This document shows positions 37,140 to 47,633 of a DNA stretch of 64,000 nt, in pieces; position 1 is the stretch's first letter, and each line of letters starts with the position of its first letter. The notes below the pieces were generated by a model. The model had not been told where the DNA came from, ran no database searches, and was given only the letters and a program-made list of their open reading frames with translations. Source of the DNA: an uncultured Chloroflexia bacterium (GTDB taxonomy: Bacteria; Chloroflexota; Limnocylindria; Limnocylindrales; CSP1-4). A program made the position numbers and the translations under genes. The stretch is taken from the NCBI GenBank assembly GCA_963755995.1, contig CAVWLQ010000002.1:53028-117027 (forward strand). The letters run 5' to 3'.

Positions 37140-38020
37140 TGGCCGCCGCGAACCCGGCCCTGGTCAGCCGCCTCACCGCGACCGGCTCACACGGCCGCCG
37201 GCTGTGGGTCGACCGCGGCATGCGCACGGTGGCGCTCCTGGCGGCGCTGGCCTGCGTCATCCCGCTCGCCGCAGTGCTCATCTTCGTGACCATCAACGGC
37301 CTGGCCGCCCTCAACCTGGACCTGCTGACCAAGCCGTCGCGAGCCCAGGGCATCGGCGGTGGCGCATACGGGGCAATCCTCGGCACGATCCAGATGGTCG
37401 GCCTCGCCACGCTCATCGCGATCCCCTTCGGCGTCCTGGCCGGGATCTACGTCAACGAGTTCAGCTCGCAGCGCGCCGCCCGCGGCGTACGGTTCGCGGC
37501 GGACGTCCTCGTCGGGGTGCCGTCGATCCTGATCGGGATCTTCGTCTATACATTCCTCGTCCAGCCGTTCAAGCAGTACAACGCGTTCGCCGGCAGCGTC
37601 GCCCTGGCCGTGATCATGGTGCCGGTCATCATGCGCACGACCGAGGAGATCCTGAAGCTCGTCCCCGGCTCGCTCCGCGAGGCCTCCCTGGCGCTCGGGA
37701 TCCCGACCTGGCGGACCGTCCTGTCCGTCGCCGTCCGGACGGGGCTGCCCGGCATCCTGACCGGGATCATGCTCGCCGTCGCCCGGGCGGCCGGCGAGAC
37801 CGCGCCGCTGCTGTTCACGGCCCTCGGCAGCCGGCTCGTGAACGTCGGCGACTTCTCGAAGCCGATGGATGCCCTGCCCTTGTTCATCTTCGTCAACGCC
37901 CGGCAGCCGTACGAGCTGCAGAACCAGCAGGCCTGGGGTGCGGCGTTCCTGCTCTTGCTGTTCGTCCTCGTCGTCAACGTCCTCGTCCGCTTCCGGACCG
38001 CGGGACAGCGAGCCCGATGA
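37139..38020 (+). CDS. pstA: Phosphate ABC transporter permease
   Basis: [29 protein letters not shown]; TGATG overlap. Confidence 0.95.
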   Translation: MAAANPALVSRLTATGSHGRRLWVDRGMRTVALLAALACVIPLAAVLIFVTINGLAALNLDLLTKPSRAQGIGGGAYGAILGTIQMVGLATLIAIPFGVLAGIYVNEFSSQRAARGVRFAADVLVGVPSILIGIFVYTFLVQPFKQYNAFAGSVALAVIMVPVIMRTTEEILKLVPGSLREASLALGIPTWRTVLSVAVRTGLPGILTGIMLAVARAAGETAPLLFTALGSRLVNVGDFSKPMDALPLFIFVNARQPYELQNQQAWGAAFLLLLFVLVVNVLVRFRTAGQRAR

Positions 38021-38937
38021 AGGAGCCCGATCCCGTGACCACCCAGCTGCGCGACCCATCTCCCAGGCCACCGGAGACGAAGGCCGACCCTTCGCCCGTG
38101 CAGGCCATGGCAGCGACCCGGACGGATGCGTCGGCGGCGCTATCGACCGGTACGGTCGAGCAAGCCTCGGGCCGGATCGACATCGACGGGCTGCACGTCT
38201 ACTACGGCGCCTTTCGAGCTGTGCGGGACATTTCTCTGACCGTCCAGCCGCATGCGATCACGGCGATCATCGGACCGTCCGGTTGCGGCAAGTCGACGTT
38301 CCTGCGAACCCTCAACCGGATGCACGAGCTGACTCCCGAGACGCGCGTCGAGGGATCCGTTCGGCTGGACGGCGAGGACATCTATGGCTCGGCGATCGAC
38401 CCGGTGGCACTGCGGCGGGTCGTCGGCATGGTCTTCCAACGGCCCAACCCGTTTCCCACGATGTCGATCTACGACAACGTCATCGCCGGGCTCCGGCTGA
38501 CCGGCCGGCCGAAGACTTCCACCTATGACGAAGTGGTCGAGCGATGTCTCCGTCGGGCCGCGCTGTGGGACGAGGTCAAGGACAAGCTCCGCCAGGGCGG
38601 CACGTCGCTGTCGGGTGGCCAGCAGCAGCGACTGTGCATCGCGCGGGCCCTCGCAGTCGACCCCGAGGTCATCCTGATGGACGAGCCGGCGTCCGCGCTG
38701 GACCCGGTCGCCACGCTCCGGATCGAGGAGCTGATGGCCGAGCTGCGCTCGAACTACACCATCGTGATCGTCACTCACAACATGCAGCAGGCCTCGCGGA
38801 TCAGCGACTACACGGCGTTCTTCACGATGGGTCCGGACCGGGCGGGCTACCTGGTCGAGATGGACCAGACCGTCCAGATCTTCACCAACCCGAGCCAGCA
38901 GCTGACCGAGGACTACGTCTCCGGCCGGTTCGGTTGA
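38017..38937 (+). CDS. pstB: Phosphate ABC transporter ATPase
   Basis: [47 protein letters not shown]-terminus. Confidence 0.96.
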   Translation: MKEPDPVTTQLRDPSPRPPETKADPSPVQAMAATRTDASAALSTGTVEQASGRIDIDGLHVYYGAFRAVRDISLTVQPHAITAIIGPSGCGKSTFLRTLNRMHELTPETRVEGSVRLDGEDIYGSAIDPVALRRVVGMVFQRPNPFPTMSIYDNVIAGLRLTGRPKTSTYDEVVERCLRRAALWDEVKDKLRQGGTSLSGGQQQRLCIARALAVDPEVILMDEPASALDPVATLRIEELMAELRSNYTIVIVTHNMQQASRISDYTAFFTMGPDRAGYLVEMDQTVQIFTNPSQQLTEDYVSGRFG

Positions 38938-38950
38938 ACCGAGGTCGACG

Positions 38951-39721
38951 ATGACCGACGACCATCTGACGGGAGATACGATGATGGACGCCCAGATCGA
39001 GGCGCTGATGACCGATTCCCGCAACACCGAGGCGCATCCGGACCTGTCGCGGCCGGGTGGCTCGGCTCCCCGCGAGGCGCTGGACCGCGAAGAGCAGTTG
39101 ATCCGCGACTCCGTGCTCAGGATGGGCGCCCTCGTCGAGGCGGCGATCCGGGAGGCGTCCCGAGCCCTGGTCGCGCACGACCCGGCGCTCGCGCTGGACG
39201 TCATCAAGGGTGACGCGATCATCAACGAGGCCCAGCGAGGAGTCTCGCGTCTGATCGCGGTCACCATCGCAACTCAGCAACCGGTGGCGCGCGACCTGCG
39301 CTACCTCCTCACCCTGGACCATGTGACGTACGAGCTGGAACGGATGGGCGACCACGCGGCATCGGTCGCCAAGGCGGCGATCAAGCTGGCTCCTGAGCCG
39401 CCACTCGAACACCACATCCACCTGCCCGAGATGGCAGAGCGTTCGGCGGTCCTCGTCCACGGCGTCCTGAGGGCACTGATCGAATCGGACGCGATCAAGG
39501 CCCGTGAGATCGCGGTCGAGGACGACGAGATCGACCGGCTCTACCACGCCACCTTCGACGAGGTCGTGGAGTTGATGCGTCAGGACCCGGCCAATGTGGA
39601 GCGCGGCACCCGGATCATCATCGCCTCGCACTACCTGGAGCGGATCGGCGACCGGGCGACGAACATCGCCGAGGACGTCGTCTACCTCGTGACGGGAGAC
39701 GTCGAAGACCTCAACCCGTGA
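38951..39721 (+). CDS. phoU: Phosphate signalling/transport regulator
   Basis: QQPVARDLR, ELERMGDHA, LERIGDRATNIAE duplicated motifs. Confidence 0.95.
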   Translation: MTDDHLTGDTMMDAQIEALMTDSRNTEAHPDLSRPGGSAPREALDREEQLIRDSVLRMGALVEAAIREASRALVAHDPALALDVIKGDAIINEAQRGVSRLIAVTIATQQPVARDLRYLLTLDHVTYELERMGDHAASVAKAAIKLAPEPPLEHHIHLPEMAERSAVLVHGVLRALIESDAIKAREIAVEDDEIDRLYHATFDEVVELMRQDPANVERGTRIIIASHYLERIGDRATNIAEDVVYLVTGDVEDLNP

Positions 39722-39783
39722 CCGGGCCGGCGGGTGGCCGGGGCAGGCCCGCTCGCGCGTCGAACCGCTACCCTAGCGGGGTC

Positions 39784-40269
39784 GTGACCGATCTCTCGTT
39801 CCTCCGCCATGCGCACGCCGGCGACCGCCTCACCTGGCAAGGCCCCGACGAGAACCGGCCGCTCTCGGACAAGGGCGAGCGCCAGGCCGAGCGCCTGGGA
39901 GCGTTCCTTGCCGGCGTCAAGTTCTCGCCGGACGTCTTCATCACGTCGCCCAAGGTCCGTGCGGCGCGCACCGCGGAGATCGTCGCCGGCCACCTGGGCA
40001 CGCCCGTCACGGTCGACGACCGGCTCGCCAGCCCTTTCGACCTCCCGACCCTCGAGCGGATCCTTGTCGACGCCGGTGATCCCGCCCGGCCCGTGATCGT
40101 CGGTCACGACCCCGACTTCAGCGAGCTCCTCGCGCTCCTGTCGGGCACCGCGGACCTGCCGATGCGCAAGGGCGCGTTCGCGCTGGTCGATGTCGAGCGC
40201 CCGCTGTCCGCCGGCGCCGGAACGCTCCGCTGGCTGGTCCCGCCTGACCTGCTGAAACCCGAGCGCTGA
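39784..40269 (+). CDS. sixA: SixA-like histidine phosphatase
   Basis: LRHAHA, RPLSDKG, TSPKVRA..TA, VGHDP, LRWLVPP. Alternative start at GTG 39718. Confidence 0.85.
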   Translation: MTDLSFLRHAHAGDRLTWQGPDENRPLSDKGERQAERLGAFLAGVKFSPDVFITSPKVRAARTAEIVAGHLGTPVTVDDRLASPFDLPTLERILVDAGDPARPVIVGHDPDFSELLALLSGTADLPMRKGAFALVDVERPLSAGAGTLRWLVPPDLLKPER

Positions 40270-40280
40270 GGGGCGCGCCG

Positions 40281-40922
40281 CTACTCGGCCGGGTCGAGCG
40301 GACCGCCGCGCAGGGACCGGTACGCGAGCGTCCCGAGGGCCGCCCCGAGGATCGGCGCCGCGATGTAGATCCAGAGATGCGCGAAGTCGCCTGAGATGAT
40401 CGCCGGCCCGATCGAGCGAGCCGGGTTCATCGATGCGCCGCTGATCGGACCGCCGACGAGGGCACCGAGGGCCACCGTGCCGCCGATCGCGAGCGCGGCC
40501 GCCTGCCCGACGGCCCGGATGTCCGTCGCCACGGCCGTGATCACCAGCATCAGGACGAACGTCAGGACGACCTCCCAGGCGAAGGACTGCAGGTCGGACC
40601 CGGTCGGCTGGGTGACGCCCAGGTCGGCGTCCGGCCCGAGCGTCGCGCGCAGGGCGAGCGCCGCGATGGTGGCTCCCAGGATCTGGGCGGCCGCGTACGC
40701 GGCGACCCTGGACCAGGGCAGGTGCCGCCCGATCGCGAAGGCGATCGAGACCGCCGGATTGAAGTGGGCGCCGGAGATGTGGCCGAAGGTGTACACCATC
40801 ACCGCGACGACCAGGCCGAAGGCGAGCGCGACCGATGTCGGAGGGAGCCCGTTCGCGATCGCGCCGCAACCGAAGAAGACGAGCGCGAAGGTGCCCAGGA
40901 ACTCGGCGGCGACAGCCCTCAA
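40281..40922 (-). CDS. MIP-family aquaporin/aquaglyceroporin (AqpS-like arsenite channel by context)
   Basis: AEFLGTF, SGAHFNPAVS, SMNPARSIGP; TTG start overlapping the ArsC stop. Confidence 0.92.
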   Translation of the reverse strand: MRAVAAEFLGTFALVFFGCGAIANGLPPTSVALAFGLVVAVMVYTFGHISGAHFNPAVSIAFAIGRHLPWSRVAAYAAAQILGATIAALALRATLGPDADLGVTQPTGSDLQSFAWEVVLTFVLMLVITAVATDIRAVGQAAALAIGGTVALGALVGGPISGASMNPARSIGPAIISGDFAHLWIYIAAPILGAALGTLAYRSLRGGPLDPAE

Positions 40923-41752
40923 GCGAGGGCGGGTCGCCGCGGCCGACCTGCGGCGCGGAGCGCGACCTCGATGAAAGGTCGGAGGCGGGCGGACACCTCG
41001 GTCTCGGTCCGACGGAATGCGGCGAGCTTCTCTTCGTCAGAGCCCTCCACCTCCGATGGGTCATCCAGTCCCCAGTGCAGCGTGTTCGAGGATCCCGGGA
41101 AGACCGGGCATGTCGCGCGGGCGCGATCACAGACGGTGATGACGTAGTCGAACGTCTGGTCCAGGAACTCGGTGATCGACTTGCTGCGGGCACCGTCTCC
41201 AGTCGATGCCGGCCTCCTCGAGGACACGATGGCGAACGGGTTGACCCGGGTCACCTCTGTGCCCGCCGAAAAGACCTCGAAGTCATCGCCGCCGTACCGC
41301 TCGAGCAGCGCCTCGGCGATCTGGCTTCGGGCCGAGTTGTGGGTGCAGACGAAGAGGACGCGGATCGGCGCTTTGGACACGGGACGCTCCTTCCGTGAGG
41401 CTCGGCCGGCGGCCGCGATCGTCATCTCGAGATCGAGCAGCTCGCCCTCGAGCCGATCGAGGTCCGCGCGCTGCCGGGCGATGCCCGGCGTTGTTCCGCC
41501 ACCAACGGCGCGAGGTCGAGGTCCACGGCACCCCGCTCGAGGCAGAGGCGCGCGAGTCGCCCCGCATCTTCCGGCGCGAGGCCCAGCCGCCGGAGCGAGA
41601 TGACGAGGCGGAGCCGCGCGAGATCGACGCTCGTCGTACTCGCGGTAGCCGTTCGGGCGGCGCGCGGGTGCCGGAAGGACGCCCTCCTGCTCGTACCAGC
41701 GCACTGCTGAGGCGGCCACCCCGGCGCGTGTCGCAAGCTCGGCGATCCTCAT
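40919..41752 (-). CDS. arsC: MerR-HTH/ArsC (LMW-PTP-fold, thioredoxin-type arsenate reductase) fusion, with two pairs of compensating indels
   Basis: N-terminal MRIAELA..AVRWYEQEGVL..RRPNGYREY; C-terminal LFVCTHNSARSQ, TVCDRARATCPVFPG, HWGLDDP. No stop in any frame across the junction; internal AAGGAG plus GTG near 41380. Confidence 0.8.
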   Translation of the reverse strand: MRIAELATRAGVAASAVRWYEQEGVLPAPARRPNGYREYDERRSRAAPPRHLAPAAGPRAGRCGATRAPLPRAGCRGPRPRAVGGGTTPGIARQRADLDRLEGELLDLEMTIAAAGRASRKERPVSKAPIRVLFVCTHNSARSQIAEALLERYGGDDFEVFSAGTEVTRVNPFAIVSSRRPASTGDGARSKSITEFLDQTFDYVITVCDRARATCPVFPGSSNTLHWGLDDPSEVEGSDEEKLAAFRRTETEVSARLRPFIEVALRAAGRPRRPALA

Positions 41753-41760
41753 GCGTCGCG

Positions 41761-41791
41761 ATCGTAGACCTTCGAGTCGCTCGAAGGTCAA
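41761..41791 (-). promoter_or_regulatory. MerR-type promoter with 19-bp spacer and dyad operator
   Basis: Minus strand TTGACC-N19-TACGAT with the perfect dyad GACCTTCGAG-TCG-CTCGAAGGTC (41767-41789). Confidence 0.8.
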
Positions 41792-42135
41792 GCGTCATCT
41801 TCTAGGCGCGTGGCCTCGACCACCGGGAGGCGTCGCGATGTGGGCGGGAGACCGATGGCCGGGCCGAACCCGCCGGCGAGCTCGCGGAAGCGCTCGACCG
41901 CCTGGGGCCGGATCGAGTACCAGATCCAGGTCCCGCGCCGCTCGCCTGCGATCCAGCCCGCGTCGCGGAGGACCTTGAGATGGTGCGACACGGTCGGCTG
42001 GCTGACGTCGCAGCAGGCGGTGAAGTCGCAGGCGCAGACCTCGGCGAGATCGCTCAACTGGCGGAGGATGGCGAGTCGGGTCGGGTCGGCGGCGGCCTGG
42101 AGGAGCAGGACGTCCGGGTCGGTCTGGCGCTTCAT
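41788..42135 (-). CDS. arsR: ArsR/SmtB arsenic-responsive repressor
   Basis: ADPTRLAIL, EVCACDFTACC, SQPTVSHHLKVLRDAG, RRGTWIWY. Confidence 0.92.
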   Translation of the reverse strand: MKRQTDPDVLLLQAAADPTRLAILRQLSDLAEVCACDFTACCDVSQPTVSHHLKVLRDAGWIAGERRGTWIWYSIRPQAVERFRELAGGFGPAIGLPPTSRRLPVVEATRLEDDA

Positions 42136-42142
42136 GCGCTCA

Positions 42143-42182
42143 CTGTATTGACAAATATCTATCTTGACAAGTATCAATACAG
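42143..42182. promoter_or_regulatory. Divergent arsR/arsM promoter with ArsR-type inverted repeat
   Basis: AT-rich island with CTGTATTGA...TCAATACAG arms and two TTGACA hexamers. Confidence 0.7.
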
Positions 42183-42214
42183 CGACCACGGCCCGCCAGC
42201 ACCCGAGGAGCACG

Positions 42215-43054
42215 ATGACCACCGCGACCACGACGAGCGAGTCCACCGAGAGCATCCACGAGGACGTTCGCCAGCACTATGCAGACGCGGCGATCCGGGC
42301 GACCCAAGGCTCCTCGTGTTGCAGCGATCCCGAGACCATCGGCGCCAACCTGTACTCCGCGCTCGAGCGCGATGAACTGCCGGACGCCGCGGTCCTCGCT
42401 TCTCTCGGCTGCGGCAACCCGACCGCGGTCGCGGATCTCCATCCGGGCGAGCGCGTCCTCGACCTCGGTTCGGGCGGCGGCATCGATGTCCTCCTCTCGG
42501 CCAAGCGGGTCGGTCCGACCGGTCGCGCGTTCGGTGTCGACATGACCGACGAGATGCTGGCGCTGGCCCAGCAGAACGCCGCCCAGGCCGGCGCGACAAA
42601 CGTCGAGTTCCTCAAGGGCCACATCGAGGCGCTACCGCTGCCTGCCGAGTCGATCGACGTCGTGATCAGCAACTGCGTCGTCAACCTCGCGGCGGACAAG
42701 CCCGCCGTCTTCGCCGAGATCGCCCGGGTCCTGCGCCCGGGCGGTCGGATCGGCATCAGCGACATCGTGGCCGAGGACTCGCTGAGCCCCGAGCAGCGCG
42801 CCGAGCGCGGCTCGTACGCGGGCTGCATCGCTGGCGCCCTGTCCATCTCGGAGTTCCGCCAGGGCCTCGAGGCGGTCGGGCTGACCGAGGTCTCGATCAC
42901 GCCGTCGCACACCGTCACCGACGGGATGATCAGCGCGATCATCAAGGCGACCAAGCCCGCGGATGCGCGACCGCTGATCGACCTGACCGCGAAGCGCGGG
43001 CTGCTGCCGGTCGCCGAGGCCGGCGGCTGCTGCGGTGGCGAGGGCTGCTGCTGA
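42215..43054 (+). CDS. arsM: Arsenite S-adenosylmethionine methyltransferase
   Basis: [32 protein letters not shown]; Cys pairs at the N-terminus and C-terminal [10 protein letters not shown]; GAGGAG RBS. Confidence 0.95.
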   Translation: MTTATTTSESTESIHEDVRQHYADAAIRATQGSSCCSDPETIGANLYSALERDELPDAAVLASLGCGNPTAVADLHPGERVLDLGSGGGIDVLLSAKRVGPTGRAFGVDMTDEMLALAQQNAAQAGATNVEFLKGHIEALPLPAESIDVVISNCVVNLAADKPAVFAEIARVLRPGGRIGISDIVAEDSLSPEQRAERGSYAGCIAGALSISEFRQGLEAVGLTEVSITPSHTVTDGMISAIIKATKPADARPLIDLTAKRGLLPVAEAGGCCGGEGCC

Positions 43055-43485
43055 TGCAGCTCAGCCGCGCCGCACGCGGCGACTGGTCCTCGGTCCGCGA
43101 CCTGCTGACCGAGGCCGGCCTGCCACTGGACGGCGCGGCCGAGGCGTTCGCAAGCGGTGTCATCGCCAGGGATGGCGATCGCCTGGTCGGCTGTGCGGCC
43201 ATCGAGCCGTACGACGGAGTCGCACTTCTCCGCTCGGTCGCCGTCGTGCCCGACCAACGAGGGACGGGCGTCGGGACGAGTCTCGTCCATGCGGTCGAGG
43301 ATCTGGCGCGGGATCGCGGGGCGACGAGCCTCCTCCTGTTGACCGAGAGGGCCGAGTCATGGTTCAGCCGCCTCGGCTACGCGGTCATCGATCGCGCGAC
43401 GGTGCCGGCGGACGTTGCGCGCTCCGTCGAGTTCGAGACCGCCTGCTCGACGAGTGCCGTCGCGATGCGCCGGACCTTCGCGTAA
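43054..43485 (+). CDS. ArsN2-like GNAT acetyltransferase
   Basis: [41 protein letters not shown]; coupled to arsM. Confidence 0.85.
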   Translation: MQLSRAARGDWSSVRDLLTEAGLPLDGAAEAFASGVIARDGDRLVGCAAIEPYDGVALLRSVAVVPDQRGTGVGTSLVHAVEDLARDRGATSLLLLTERAESWFSRLGYAVIDRATVPADVARSVEFETACSTSAVAMRRTFA

Positions 43486-43490
43486 CCGTC

Positions 43491-44414
43491 ATGTCCCGTC
43501 CGCCGATCGCGCCGCGTGATCTTGCCGCGCTGATCCTCGCTGCCACCAGCTGGGGTGTCGGCACGGTCATCAGCAAAGCGGCCCTCACCGAGATCTCGCC
43601 GTTCACGCTCCTTCCAGTCCAACTCGCCGCCAGCCTCGCGGTCCTGGCCGTCCTGATGCGATCTCAGGGGATCTCGTTCCGGACCGAAGGCTCGCCACTG
43701 CTGGGCCGGCTCGGCCTCCTGAACCCGGGTCTCGCATACGCGCTTGGCCTGATCGGGCTGACGACGATCACGGCCAGCCTGTACGTTCTGCTGTGGGCCG
43801 TCGAGCCGCTGATGATCCTGTTCCTGGCGGCCTGGTTCCTGCGCGAGCGGATCACACCGGCCTTTGTCGTCCTGTCACTCACCGCGGTCACCGGGATGGT
43901 CGTGATCCTCTATGACCCATCGGCGAGCACCGGAGAGCTGATCGGGGTGAGCCTGACGCTCGTCGGGATCCTGTGCTGCGCGGTCTATTCCGTCGTCACA
44001 CGACGTTGGATCCCGGATGCCACGGAGACGAGCCAGGTGGTCCTCTCCCAGCAGGCACACGCACTCGTGCTGGCCATCGGGCTGGTCCTCGTGGTCGGCC
44101 TGGGCGGCGGCCGGATCGTGCCGACGGCGCTGACTCCGTTCGGTCTCGCAAGTGCGATCGGCTCCGGCGTCCTCTACTACGCCGGCGCCTACTGGTTCTA
44201 CCTCGGCGCACTGCGCCACGTCCCGGCCTCGTACGCGGCGCTCTCGTTCTACCTGATCCCGATCGTGGGCGTTGCGGCGGGGGCGATCCTGCTCGGCGAG
44301 CGGCTCGATCCGCGTCAGTGGATCGGCGCACTCATCGTCCTCGGGGCGATCCTCGCGATCCTCCGCCAGCCGTCAGCGGAACGTCAGGAGGCGGCGGTGA
44401 CGGCAACGGCCTGA
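43491..44414 (+). CDS. DMT/EamA family transporter
   Basis: 10 hydrophobic segments in two EamA repeats; LLGERL..QWIG. Confidence 0.88.
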   Translation: MSRPPIAPRDLAALILAATSWGVGTVISKAALTEISPFTLLPVQLAASLAVLAVLMRSQGISFRTEGSPLLGRLGLLNPGLAYALGLIGLTTITASLYVLLWAVEPLMILFLAAWFLRERITPAFVVLSLTAVTGMVVILYDPSASTGELIGVSLTLVGILCCAVYSVVTRRWIPDATETSQVVLSQQAHALVLAIGLVLVVGLGGGRIVPTALTPFGLASAIGSGVLYYAGAYWFYLGALRHVPASYAALSFYLIPIVGVAAGAILLGERLDPRQWIGALIVLGAILAILRQPSAERQEAAVTATA

Positions 44415-44440
44415 CCGGCGCACGGATCAGGCCGGACCGC

Positions 44441-45836
44441 TCAGTCGGCCGGCAGCATCGTCATCGCGTGATCCGGGCGCAGCAGGAACGGCGGCAGGTA
44501 GGCGGGCAGGTTCGAGAACGGCAGGACATCCGGGTGGAGCTCGATCCCGAGCGCGTCGGCCATGAACGCAGCGACGCGCCTGGATCCGTGCCCACGCCGC
44601 GGGATGGGCCGCTTCGAACGCCGCGCGCAGGGACGCGTCGGCGAGCGCCACGCCGTCCTCGATGTTGGTCGTGAAGTAGTCGGTCCCGGTCGCCGGGATG
44701 ATGTCCACCTGGAAGGCCATCCCGGACCGGAGCTCGATCGTCGACCCGCGCGAGATCGGCGAGTTGACCCACTCGTCGAGCTGGATCTGATGGCCGGGAT
44801 TGAGGAAGATCCCGAAGAACGGATCGCCCAGGTGCCGGTCCACGATCTCGAACAGCGCGCCACCGGTCTGCCCGATCCGCAGCGCGCCGTACCACTCGGC
44901 GACCGCCTCGAAATACGGCGCCACGAGGCGGTCGACGTAGTCGCCGATGCCGGCCGGGAGCTCGGCGGCGTCGGCGACCACGAACCCCGCCCGGCAGACG
45001 AGAGCGCCCCAGATCCCGAAGGCGACGGTGAACCGGTCGCCGGCCTCGATGGCCCGATCGCCCGGGCTCAGCAGCCCGAGCGTCGCGCGCGGACCGGCGG
45101 TGAGCATGAGGTGGCAGGACAGCGGCGCCCCGTCCCAGTCGAGGAGCCGGACCGCCTCGCGTTCGGTCATCCCGGGCCGGAGGCCGAGCAGCAGCCGGCG
45201 CACCCCGTTCGAGGTCCGGCAGGCGGCGTCTTCGAGCGCGGCCAGCTGGTCCACCTCGTTGATGACCCGCAGCCCGTCGCCGGCGTCGATGAGCAGGTCG
45301 GTCGCGTTCTCGACCGCGCCACTCTCCCCCGTGACCCGTCGCAGCTCGTCGGCGATGTAGGACGGGACGTCCATCGAGCCGCGGTCCGCGTACGTCTTCC
45401 AGCCGACGACCCCCACCCGGCTCCCCTGCCCGATCCCCTCCTCGCCCAGGATCTCCGCGAGCGGGCGCGATCGGTCGCGCGGCTGGCCGGGCAGGCTCAG
45501 GTCCTGGAACCGGTGGCGGCGCATGGCCAGCGGTGCCGCGCCGGCCATCCCGTAGCACTCGTTGCCGACCAGGATGGCCGGGTCGCCGGCCGGCCCGACG
45601 ATGAGCACGGCCTCCTCGAAGCGCGGGTCGAACCCGGTCAGCCAGGCGAGGTTCGCGCTGTGCTCGCGGTCGGCGTACATGACCAGCCGGTCGTAGCCCC
45701 GCTCCGCGACGCGAGCGCGAAGGGCGGCCAGCCGCGTCCGATACAGCGACGGCGGCAGCTCCGGGCTCGCATCGGGCATCCCGAAGTCGGGCAGGTCGAT
45801 CGGGGCGAGGCGGGCCTCGGCGCTTCGGGCGGTCAT
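44441..45836 (-). CDS. Xaa-Pro aminopeptidase/creatinase-like protein (M24 fold) with a +1 indel near 44570
   Basis: YADREH.ANL.WLTGFDPRFEE, LNPGHQIQLDEW, QVDIIP, NIEDG. The alternate frame completes FMADALGI..PLSN-like C-terminus to a stop at 44443-44441. Confidence 0.75.
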
Positions 45837-45844
45837 GTCGTTCG

Positions 45845-47566
45845 CTACTCCTTGGGTCGCGACCAGGGCTGGATCGCCGTCGCGTCGCGCTCGATGGTGG
45901 CGAACTGGTCGGCGGTCGCGTGGAGCCAGGGACCGACGGTGCCGTCCGGCCACTGGACGCGGACCTCCGCGCCGTCGGCCCCGCCGAGACCGACGTGGAC
46001 CCAGCCGAGCTCGCCGCCGGCGTGCCCGCCACCGACCGTGTGCTCCCGACGGACGGTCGTGTCACCCATCTTGACCTCGATCCAGGCGCCGATCGCGTCC
46101 CGGTTCGGGCCCGGTTGGGCCAGACGGAGGGCCAGCCAGTGCCCGGCCGACGCCGACTCCGCCCCCGCTCCGTCGACGCCGGTGTTCCGCCAGAGCCGCA
46201 CTGGGGCGTCGTAGAAGACCTCGACGAGGTCGGGTAGGCCGTCGAGGTTGAGATCGGCCAGGGCTGCGCCCCGCCCGCGCTCGTAGTCGAGGATGCCGGC
46301 GGCCTCGGCCACCTGGGTGTACATGCCGTCGGGCTGACCGAGGAACAGGTCCGACGGGTCGCGGGTCGCGTACTCGGCCTGCTGGTCGACGTTGCCCTTC
46401 GAGACGAAGAGGTCGATCAGGCCGTCGTTGTTGACGTCCTGGAACTCGGGGTGCCAGGCGGTCGACGGCAGCGGGTCGCCGCCGGTCGACGGCCGTGTCG
46501 CCGACACGCCGAGCTTGAGCGCCAGGTCCCCGTAGGTCGGCTGCGACGGTCCGCCGGACAGGGCCTGGAGGACGTTCGGACCCTGGCTCGTCAGATAGGC
46601 GTCGGGATAGCCGTCGCCGTCGACGTCGTAGCTGCCGATCCCCATGCCCTGGATCCGGACCGGCTTCCAGCCATCCGCGGCGGTGTACTGGCGGGGTGCC
46701 TCGCCCGGCGCGACCCGCCAGAGCTGCTCCTGACCGTCGCCCAGCTCGCTGTAGTAGTGGCGGTCGTTGCTCACCCGGAGGTCCCGTCGACCGGACCGAT
46801 CCCAATCGCTGAACAGCATCGACAGCGTGCACCAGGACGGCGTCAGCGGGATCGGAGCGTCGTAGCGTTGGCCGCCGGCGGCCGGCCGGATGAGCTCGTC
46901 GTCCGCGCACAGGTGATTCGGGTCCTGGGTGGCCGCGTCGGCCACGTAGTTGCCGAACGCCAGGGTCGGCAGGCTCGCGGCACCCTCCCAGGTCGCGCTG
47001 AACGCGGTCGTGATCGCGTCGCCACCGGCCATCCCCCACCTCTCGTTGGCACGCTCGAACCGGCAATCGCCCAGGCCGCGCAGGGCCACGTTCTCGCCGT
47101 TCCGGAGGACCATCAGGTCGACCGTGCCGTCGCCATCGACGTCGAGCGGGTAGGCGCCGATGACCGCGGTGAGATCGGTGGCCGGATCGGCCACCTTCGC
47201 GAACCGCAGCGCCCCACCGACCGTGCTCTCGTTGCGGTACAGGGCGGCCGGGGCACTCCCGCCCGAGACGTACAGGTCGGGCCGGCCATCGCCGTCGCAG
47301 TCGGTGACCGCGACCCCGCCGCCGACCGAGTACGGGAAGTCGCCCATGTAGGTGTGGCCGACGCCGGATCCGGCAGTCTCGTCGACGAAGCGCGGTGGCC
47401 CGAGGGCCGTCGAGGACGGGGACCCCAGCCGGCTGACCGCGAAACCGCCGCCGATGACCACGACCGCCACGACGGCCACGACGATGGCGACGACCGCCCG
47501 CCGGGGCCGGATCACTGTTCGGGAGCCGGCGGCGACCGTCACGTGTTCGGGGCGCGGCTCGGTCAT
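45845..47566 (-). CDS. CRTAC1/ASPIC-UnbV family FG-GAP repeat protein, N-terminally membrane anchored
   Basis: Repeated DxDGDG.xDL Ca-binding motifs; C-terminal NRDAIGA.IEV..VGGGH.GG..VHVGLG..VQWPDG. Confidence 0.88.
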   Translation of the reverse strand: MTEPRPEHVTVAAGSRTVIRPRRAVVAIVVAVVAVVVIGGGFAVSRLGSPSSTALGPPRFVDETAGSGVGHTYMGDFPYSVGGGVAVTDCDGDGRPDLYVSGGSAPAALYRNESTVGGALRFAKVADPATDLTAVIGAYPLDVDGDGTVDLMVLRNGENVALRGLGDCRFERANERWGMAGGDAITTAFSATWEGAASLPTLAFGNYVADAATQDPNHLCADDELIRPAAGGQRYDAPIPLTPSWCTLSMLFSDWDRSGRRDLRVSNDRHYYSELGDGQEQLWRVAPGEAPRQYTAADGWKPVRIQGMGIGSYDVDGDGYPDAYLTSQGPNVLQALSGGPSQPTYGDLALKLGVSATRPSTGGDPLPSTAWHPEFQDVNNDGLIDLFVSKGNVDQQAEYATRDPSDLFLGQPDGMYTQVAEAAGILDYERGRGAALADLNLDGLPDLVEVFYDAPVRLWRNTGVDGAGAESASAGHWLALRLAQPGPNRDAIGAWIEVKMGDTTVRREHTVGGGHAGGELGWVHVGLGGADGAEVRVQWPDGTVGPWLHATADQFATIERDATAIQPWSRPKE

Positions 47567-47633
47567 GCTCGGCTACCGGACGGGGACATCGTCGGCGCAC
47601 GATAGCCGAGAACCCCGTTCATCGCCGTCGACC

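Noticed and set aside
43045-43056. TGA readthrough or selenocysteine after the Cys-rich ArsM tail
   Set aside because: The TGA overlaps the ATG of the next gene (TGATG coupling) and no SECIS-like evidence is seen.
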